DNA of 64,000 nt from Octopus vulgaris (taxonomy: Eukaryota). Positions within the stretch are counted from its first letter, which is position 1. Every line of letters begins with the position of its first letter. The notes below the pieces were generated by a model. It did no database searches, was not told the DNA's origin, and saw only the letters and a program-made list of their open reading frames with translations. The position numbers and the translations under genes are program-made. This document shows, one piece after another, positions 54,481-64,000 of the stretch. The stretch spans positions 29,326,001 through 29,390,000 of the forward strand of contig OX597827.1 of NCBI GenBank assembly GCA_951406725.2, in the 5' to 3' direction.

Positions 54481-57400
54481 AGAGAGAGATATATGCGAAA
54501 TCTCTCTTAACAATTTATCTGCCTCACTCCATAATGATTTCTTGTTGCCATATTAATGCCCAGTGTTTCAAATATATTATCACTAACATACATACTTGTT
54601 TATCTATCAAACCTATAACATATCGATTTTTTTTAAATGATTTACGCATTAGACATCTGAAATCTAACATATCTGTAAATCTATCTTTCTTACCACATAT
54701 TTCGAATTATCTTATTAATATATTGTATATGAAATATGCAGAGAGAGAGAGAGAGATGGGACTTAATATAATTGTGTAACTTTCTCTTTAATTTCGTAAC
54801 GTTTTTTTTATGGCTAACATTTTAAGGCTCCACATGGACTTTCCTAAAATACGCAACGTCACCTCTATTGAGTGCATCATTAGTTGTTGTTTTAACTTTG
54901 TCAGTGTGATGAAGAGCAAAGTGTTAATCCCTGTGGGAGCACAATTTGGTATTGATCTCTTACATTGGCACAAGACCAATTTCTGCTGCGGTGGCACTGT
55001 AGTCAATTGATTCAACGCCAAGTATTATAATGGTATTTGTTTTATTGATCCTGCTAAAATGAAAAGTAAGGTCTATCCCGTCGAGATTTCTGCTAAGTTT
55101 TCGTCTTTGAAACAAAAATGTGAAGAATCGCCATATTTCGAAAGAGTTAGAAATAATAATAAAAAACGTCAAAAAATTCTCTGAATAACACCAAAAAACA
55201 AACCATTTTTACTCGTTTCGCATCAGTTATCAGAAAATGTTTTGTTGCATGGAATGTCAAGTACATTTCATTTTTGTTAATTTTTGGCGATTCCTTACCT
55301 ATTTTTTTCTCTCATCCTTGTTAGTTTATTATTTATTTTTGTGTTATTTTACAGTTTAGAAAATATCATCTGAGAAACAAAAATAAGCAGAAAATGAATT
55401 AAATAAACTCTAGCCTCACTTTTAAAAATAGCTGCAGCTTCAGTTCCTGATTTATTATTTCCCAGGAAAGATTTTGTTGTTTTTGTGGTGAAATGTGTAT
55501 TTATTTCCTTCTTTATATTTATATTTACATTTTATAGGCTTTTTTATATTTCATTTTATTTCATTTTAACTTTTATTTTTAAAGCAACAAAAAAAAAACA
55601 ATGTTCACTTTGAATAGCCAAGTTGAACAGAATAAATTTACATTTTAATTACAAATGCAAAAAATCGGAAAACTAAAACATCAAAAGCAACAAAATAAGA
55701 TCATAAAAATTGCGCTTAAAATGTCAACTAAATGCAGTGAGAGAATATGCATGTGTAGTGTGGGTAGTGTAAAATGTAATAGGGAAAACAAAATATAACT
55801 AAATCATTATATAAAGCTAAAAATTAAGATGATAAAGTTGTAATGAAGGCAAAAATAAAATAAAATAAAGATATTTCAAACAAAATGGCGGTGGGAAGAG
55901 AAATTCGCAAGATAAACAGTCGGAATATTAACAAGATAATAAAGTGTAAAATATGCGCTAATGAATATATGGGGCATACCGATCTAGACAAACAAACCTT
56001 TAGTATTTCAGGTATTTAAAGGGTTGTAGAGTGAGAGAATAGATAAAGAGCTGGAGAAAATACCTTACGTTATTTCGTCACGCCTCTTTATGGCTGTTGT
56101 GAGTTCAAATCCCATTGAGGTCAAATTTACTTTTGATCATTACTGCGTGGAGAAAATAAAATACCTGACTGACAACTACTGAGTATAAATTGATTGATTA
56201 AACCCATCCACAACCATCAACATCCTATCAAAAATATGTGGCTTTTTCACCTCTATTAAAAGTTAATATTTATGTTATTTAGGGCGGCAAGCTGGCAGAA
56301 TCGTTAGCGGACTGGGTAAAACGATTTGTAGCATTCCATACATCTTTACGTTCTGAGTTCAAACTTTGTCGTGGTCGACTTTGTCTTCATCTTTACTGGG
56401 TTGATAAAAAAGTACCAGTTGTGGACTGGGGTCGATCGAATTGACTAGCTTCCACCCCCAAAATTATTGGCCGTGTGCCAGAATTCCATGTTTCTACTAT
56501 CAGCACGATATCAACTTTAATTGGGAAACGTGTTAGATGCACGCTGTTGATGTCTTCTTCTTCTTCTTCTTCTTCTTCTTCTTCTTCTTCTTCTTCTTCT
56601 TCTTCTTCTTCTTCTTCTTCTTCTTCTTCTTCTTCTTCTTCTTCTTCTCCTTCTCTTTCTTCTTCCAATCAGGACTCGCGCCATTAGCCACAAAGGATAA
56701 TCTCTAATTCGAGCCTACTATAAGCTACTAAGAATGCGTGTGGCAACTTGAAGATCCACCCACCACACGCGATAGACTGGCGGTTGTACGGGCGCGAAAG
56801 TACGTTGTTATCCTCATTCCGTAAACGGTGGCTTTTAACGGGTGGAGAGCTGAACCATCCTTGGGTACAGAGGATTCGCAATCTAGGCTAGGGTCTGAAG
56901 GTTTACCACAACATAGTGGGTTACACCATGGTTCCTCTGCTTTGTGGCAGAAGTAGGGAGAAAGAGTAAGAGAAAGTTGTGGTGATAGACTACAGTGGGG
57001 TTCACCCTCCTCCTCCCGCCGGAGCCTCGTGGAGCTTAGGTGTTTTTGCTCAATAGACACTCACAATGCCTGGTCTGGGAATCAAAACCGCGTTCTTATG
57101 ACCGCGAGTCCGCTGCCCTAACCACTGGGACATTGTGCCTCGACCGCCGTTGATGAAGACGCCATCTTTGCATTCAAATGTCACTCATGAAAATTACGAG
57201 GCATGTGATGAAGAGCTTTGCAATGATGATATCGTCCTTGTCAGATGCTCACCTCGACTGAAACTCATATGAATGTTGACAGCAGAAACATAATGGTAGC
57301 ACATCCTGAACGTGCCTTCTTGAAAAACTGTGATGTTCTGTGCACCAATTTCTTGCATTTACTTTACCACTGCATTCGCCCTGAATGCTATCGGAAGTAT

Positions 57401-57668
57401 TTTTGCAATGAATTAAGCCAACAACAGACTCAGCTAACACTCTGTTTCACGGTCTACAAGCTATTAGAAGGAATCTGCCATCTGTCGTACTGTAATATTT
57501 ATATGGAAACCTACTTGCTTCTTTTGCTACTGGTCACTGGTTGTCCAGAGGTTCCAATATACATACATATACACACTCACGTATACATATATATATATAT
57601 ATATATACGTATGTATATGTGTGTGTGTATGTATGCATGTATGTATATATACATATATATATATGTAC

Positions 57669-57715
<47 letters not shown>

Positions 57716-57719
57716 CATG

Positions 57720-57821
<102 letters not shown>

Positions 57822-57975
57822 TATATAGAGTTAATCCAAACATGAAAGCACAAAAAAACACATCGCGAGGACGTGGAACAAATATAGTATAATTGGAGCT
57901 ATTTATGTGTGTGTGTGAGTGTATGTATGTATGTATGTATGTATGTATATTGTACTCGTACAATATAATCATTAA

Positions 57976-58288
57976 GTGGGGGCACATGGCCTAGTGTTTA
58001 GACCAGCAGACTTGCGGTCGAGGGATCGAAGGTTCGAGTCTCAGATCGAGTGATGTCTGTGTTTATGAGCGAAACACCTGAGCTCCATGAGGTTCCTGCA
58101 GAAGGTAAGGGTGAACTTCTGCTCACTCTTTCGCCACAACTTCCTCTCACTCTTTCCTCCTGCATCTAGTAACTCACATGCGAAGGACCGACACCCCGTT
58201 CAGGTGGGGGAACCTATACGCCAATGAAACCGGGAAACCGGCTCTTATGAGCCAGGCATGGCTAGAGGAGGAATCAAACAACAACAAT
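57976..58288 (+). mobile_element. SINE family C
   Basis: Homologous to 13375-13676; ends in an (AAC)n tail. Confidence 0.85.
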
Positions 58289-58729
58289 ATAAACATTAAA
58301 TTGCATGACAAATACCCAGCTTTTAGAATTCCATGTTTATATGCCTTCATTTTATTGTATTTGTTTTATTTGCTATGAATCCTGGGTTTGGGTCTGTTAC
58401 AGCTTATACAGGGAAAATAAAACGAAATTATCTCGTTTTGTTTTATTTTCTACAGTTATGTGTGTGTGTGTGTGCGAGTGTTGTGAGTTTGTGTGTGTTT
58501 GTGTTTGTGAGTGCGTGTGTGTGTATTTATGTTTTATGCATGTATGTATATACAGAGATGATCGTAGATCATACTCACAAGAATATCAACAAATACGCCC
58601 AGACACACACCGATATGTACGTGTCTGTGTGTGTGTGTGTATATATATATAGAGAGAGAGAGAAAAAGAGAGAAAGAGAGAGAGAGAGGCAGAGAGACAG
58701 ACATATAGGTAGCTAGCTAGCTAGCTAGC

Positions 58730-58806
<77 letters not shown>

Positions 58807-58876
58807 TGACAGAGATAAACAGGGGGATGGACAGAGAGAAAACCAGACAGACAGAAAAACAGACAGAAATATATAG

Positions 58877-58940
<64 letters not shown>

Positions 58941-58949
58941 GGATAGATG

Positions 58950-59005
<56 letters not shown>

Positions 59006-59324
59006 TGTGACTACATATATGCATATGTATATTTATATATATATATATGTATATATATGTATTGATGTGTAATTTTCGCACAGACCAGCAATTCCGGAGC
59101 GGGGATTAGGTCGATGAACTCCACCTCAGCATTCAACTGGTACTTATTTTATCGAAACTGGAATGATGAACTGCAAAGTCGACCTCACTGGAATTTGAAC
59201 CTAGAACCTAAAACCTATGACGAACGAAATGCTGCTAATCACTTTGCTTGTCGTGCTAACTATTCCGCCTGCTCGCAGCCTTAATATAAATATATATATA
59301 CGTTATATATATTATTCATTTTTT

Positions 59325-59632
59325 TATGCGCCCCTTTTCAAGCCTAGCCAGGCTCATCAGCATGGTTTCCCGGTTTCTATGGCGTATGTGCCCCCTCCCA
59401 GCTGTACGGGACGCCAGTCCATCGCAGCGTTACTCAAGAAACAGGAAGAAAGAGTGAGAGAAATTTGGGGTGAAAGAGTACAACAAAGGTTTCCACCACC
59501 CCCTGCCGTAGCCTCGTGGAGCTTTAGATGTTTTCGCTCAATAAACACACACAACGACCGATATGGGGATCGAAACCGCGATCCTCCGACTGCGAGTCCG
59601 CTGCCCTAACCACTGCACCATTGAGGCTCCAC
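59325..59632 (-). mobile_element. SINE family C (related subfamily)
   Basis: tRNA-like head and body colinear with 13375-13676. Confidence 0.8.
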
Positions 59633-59639
59633 TATGTGT

Positions 59640-59684
<45 letters not shown>

Positions 59685-60253
59685 ATGTGTACATGCATAG
59701 ATATGTGTGTATATATATGTGCATGTGTGTGTGTGTATGCGTGATGACCGTGTGATGTTTTAATAGGATCAAATATCACAAACCCATGTTACTAACACAC
59801 GTCTTCATCATCTTCTGTCTAATGTAGATATTATATTATTTTTGTCCCAGTTGTTTATTCAAAGCCTTTTGTATGCAGCCAAACAGGAGGGCAAAAATAA
59901 TATCATAAAAAGAAAAAAAGTGAAACGGAAAATAATGAAAGGCTTCAATGCTACAGATGTTATTAATGATAACGTCCCCTTGAAGAGTCTTTGAACCTGA
60001 AGGCATTAATAAAAAGCCTTTCTCCCTGATACCAGCAGATTCCATTGTGTAACGGCACAATAAGTTATATACAGTATTCATTAAGGATATTGCCAATAGA
60101 AGGCAACAGTGTTCCATTGTGTGCGAAATAAGTAAAATACCCCGGCAACAACACATACGTTAGATATCCAATGCATTTCATGCGTGTGTGTATGTCTGTC
60201 TGTATGTGTACGTGTGTGTGTGTGTTAGTGTGTGATTATGTGTATGCACATAA

Positions 60254-60312
<59 letters not shown>

Positions 60313-60354
60313 TATATATATATATGTATGTATGTATGTATATATACATATATA

Positions 60355-60545
60355 TGTTTGGCGATTTTTTTCCTCTGTCTTCCCTTCTTTGGATCTTTCC
60401 TTCTCCTATGTTTCCGACCAAGAGCTCCGCTCGAAACGTTAAACCACCCTTCTTTCCTTCTTTCCTGAGCGTCCAATAATACTATATTTGTTCCACGTTT
60501 TCGCGCTGTTGTGTTTTTGCGCTTTCATGTTTGGATTAACTTTAT
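60355..60545 (+). repeat. Short (TA)n-embedded interspersed unit with a variant minimal hammerhead (60410-60444)
   Basis: GTTT-CCGACCAA-GAGC TCC GCTC-GAAAC-GTT-AAAC. Its 3' end recurs inverted at 57830-57893, and a similar motif lies at 26822-26855 (-). Confidence 0.6.
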
Positions 60546-60685
60546 ATGTATATATATATATATGCCTGCATGTATGGACACACATATATATGTGTGTGCG
60601 TGTGTGTGTGTGTATATATATATATATCATATATTTATATATATTATATGGGTATACAATATAAACACACATATGCATATTTTCC

Positions 60686-60736
<51 letters not shown>

Positions 60737-61632
60737 ATAGATGCGCAGATAAGCATGCGTATTCTCTTCCTCTCTCTCACCCTCTCTTTCTCCCTCTCTT
60801 TCTTTTTGTCTTTCTGTCTCTCTTTCTCTCTATCTCTCTATCTCTCTTTTCCACACACTCACACGCACACACTAACACATCCACGTACACACTTCCGTGC
60901 TTACGAAAATTGATTTCGTTTAGACTGTTATTTAAAACGACGTTGAACGGTAAGAAAAATTGTTAAGTAACGCTTGGCTGAATGAAAGAGGCACGGAACG
61001 TGATATATATCTGACACACACGTGATTTAAACGTGATGTGAACGTGATTTACTTGTGGTATAATATGGATGTAGATAGAAGCAGTAAGGCGAGAAATGAT
61101 TTAGCGTCACTTGGATTGCAGTTTTCTTGAAGTAACTGAAGACTTTTATGAGTGATATCCTTAGCAGAAGTACCCTCGTTATCGTTGTTAAGTGTCGCAG
61201 GTGGATGGGAATATTTTCAAGTTTTTACATATGATTTCACGTGGATTGAAACAATTATTCAACAATGCCAAGACAGACTGTATAGAATGCAATGTAATGC
61301 GAACATCTTGCATTTGAAGAGATTGATTCGTAAAGCGTTGCAGATATTTCTTGTCTATGCTGTATTATTGAATGTTTAAATGTCGACAGGGATTTGATGG
61401 GGGAAGTATTTGACCGACGTTTATAATTTCAAAATTTGTCCGTGTTTAATCCTGTATTTCAGCAATCCTGGATCGATAAAATAAATACTGTGTATTGTAT
61501 ATACTGGGACCCAATAACGCGATGCAAGCAATATTCCCTGATTATAAAAACGGCACGATGGCAGAATCATTAAATGTGAAGCGGTGAGCTGGCGAAACGC
61601 TTGGCAGCATTTCGTTCGTCCTTACGGTCTGA

Positions 61633-62389
61633 ATTCCTTTTCTTTTTAGTAGATATGAGAAAAGTGAAAGCAGTTTAAGCAGAATTTGAATTCCCAATTC
61701 AATGAAGTGATTTTTTTGTTCTACAACTCCTTTTTGTTTTAAATTTTTCTTCTTTTGGTTACTGTTATTGCCAAGGTTCAACAAAGATCAAGCTTTTCAT
61801 TATTTCGGAGTTGATAAAATAAGTACCAGATGTGCTTTGGGGTCAATCTAATCTACTTACTCTCACCCCTAAAATTATTGACCTAGTTCTAAAATTTGAA
61901 ACCAATATTCCTTGAATATTTAATTATATTTCCGATCTATTTTTATAGAATTGAATACTTTAATGTCGATGTTGATAAGGCTCATATATAGGCCACTGAG
62001 GTCGATGAAACAAATGTCATGTATGATATTTTTGTGGTCAAGGAAAGTGATTCATTCAATGAAGGAGCTTTTGCGGTGTTGTTTTTACCTGTTATAAATA
62101 TCAACTAAATATCTCTGACATTACTTCCAATATGATAAATTAAGAAATTACTTATTAGATAACCTACTCCATAACGGATTCCTAAAATACGGGATGTTAT
62201 AGCTGGGATTCGTTCTTTCGTAGTTCTGCTTGATCCGTGTCGAACTTTGGCAATAACAATAACCAAAAGAAGAAAAATTTAAAACAAAAATGAGTTGTAG
62301 AACAAAAAAATCACTTCATTGAATTGGGAATTCAAATTCTGCTTAAACTGTTTTCAGTTTTGTCATATCTACTGAAAAACAAAAAGAAT
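61633..62389. repeat. ~160 bp inverted repeat (61633-61793 and 62228-62389)
   Basis: CAGTTTAAGCAGAATTTGAATTCCCAATTCAATGAAGTGATTTTTTTGTTCTACAACTC and its flanks recur as the reverse complement. Confidence 0.9.
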
Positions 62390-62525
62390 AACACAGTTGC
62401 AGTACTGTTGAAGTAAAATAATCATTTATGTATCGTATTTAACGTATATAAACTAATAAACATCCAAAACAGCGTGGGTGCTATCCTAGACAAAATCTGT
62501 TATAAATGCGCTGTGTTACAAAGAC

Positions 62526-62560
<35 letters not shown>

Positions 62561-63417
62561 TGTATGTATGTATGTATGTATGCATTCATGTATGTATGTA
62601 TGTATGTATGTATGTATGTATTGGAGGAAGACGATAACTTGTCCTAACAGCAGATAGCGAGAGTACAAAATGCAATTCAACGTCCTTAGCCCCCCCCCCC
62701 CCCCCCAATGTATTGTAATCGCAGCCAGCCAAACGCCTAGATGATGTTTCTCGTCTCCGATACAAGAAACACAGAATGAAATTAAAATAGTCATTTATAA
62801 AATATAATTAACGTATGCATATATACTGTTGACAGGCGAGAGCTTGTGGTTTTCGTCCGGAGATTTTATCTCCACTCATCAATCCTCTTAACCTTGTGTT
62901 TTCACAGAACTTGTTAATGTGTCAGCATTTGATGAAAAGCTCAGTTCTGAAACATTCTTGTTTGTTGAGATAATTAACCTGATATCGTTTTCAGAATTTA
63001 TAAACCGCATTCCATTGTCATGATTATGTATTGCATGCACTGCTTAAAAATATTCAAATAGGTATCGAATTAAATGCGACCCTCGTTTAATTTTCAAATA
63101 TATAGTGTATATATAGTTTATTCACATTCATGTATATTAAGTTCCTCAAAGAAAATGTGGTGTGATATTTACCTTCAGACATTCCGACATAGTGTTTCTT
63201 TTATCGGTAACAAGGTTTGTTTCATGATGATCACAGCCTCGTAGATAATTTCTTTGGTGTTGCATGACTCATAAAAGAGGAACATGAAGCGTTGTTTCCG
63301 TGCAAGCAGTTTACATCTGTTTATCTAGGGCTCATATAATGCTTTCCATCCATGTATAGATATGTAGGTCATAAGTGTGTAGATTTATATCTAATTATGT
63401 ATGATATATATGTATGT

Positions 63418-63492
<75 letters not shown>

Positions 63493-63797
63493 TGTATGTA
63501 TATATATATACACTCACACAATTTCGTATGTATATGTGTACGTGTATGCATATGTATATATATACGTAAATACCTTCATACAAATATATGCGTGATTGTA
63601 TGTGTGCGCGTGTACTCGTATGTGTGTATGGGCGCGAGCGTGTGCTTGTGTGTGTGTACGTGTGCGTATGTGTATAATGACCAATAAATACTTCTTACGT
63701 ACTCATTTCATTTTTACTCTTTACTTCGAGCTATAACAACAATAACTTTCTTCGCTATTATTATTATCATTATTATTATATTATAATATTATTATTA

Positions 63798-63863
<66 letters not shown>

Positions 63864-63880
63864 CATCACCATCATCATCA

Positions 63881-64000
<120 letters not shown>

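Noticed and set aside
56665-56800. Possible HDV-like ribozyme on the minus strand (GGCTAATGGCG, with hairpin GCGTGTGG/CCACACGC)
   Set aside because: P1, P3/L3 and P1.1 could not be assigned.

Overview
AT-rich eukaryotic DNA, intergenic or intronic, saturated with microsatellites. The repeat families resemble those of octopus genomes; this is inferred from recognition, not from a search. I cannot support any intact host protein-coding gene, and nearly all ORF-track entries (YIYI, THTH, poly-F/E/Y) are translated simple repeats. The window holds three Penelope-like element (PLE) remnants (RT and/or GIY-YIG), a near full-length Tx1/L1-clade LINE plus a second fragment, an R4/Dong-type RLE LINE fragment, a CR1-group LINE 3' end, mariner 3' ends and four tRNA-derived SINE families. 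The main hidden signal is about ten hammerhead-ribozyme (HHR) motifs in short PLE-terminal-like units set in (TA)n. One has an intact catalytic core (49124-49166), two have unusually long AT-rich stem II arms, and one lies next to its own antisense copy. There are also several long local inverted repeats, and different retroelement clades appear to sit in different microsatellite types.
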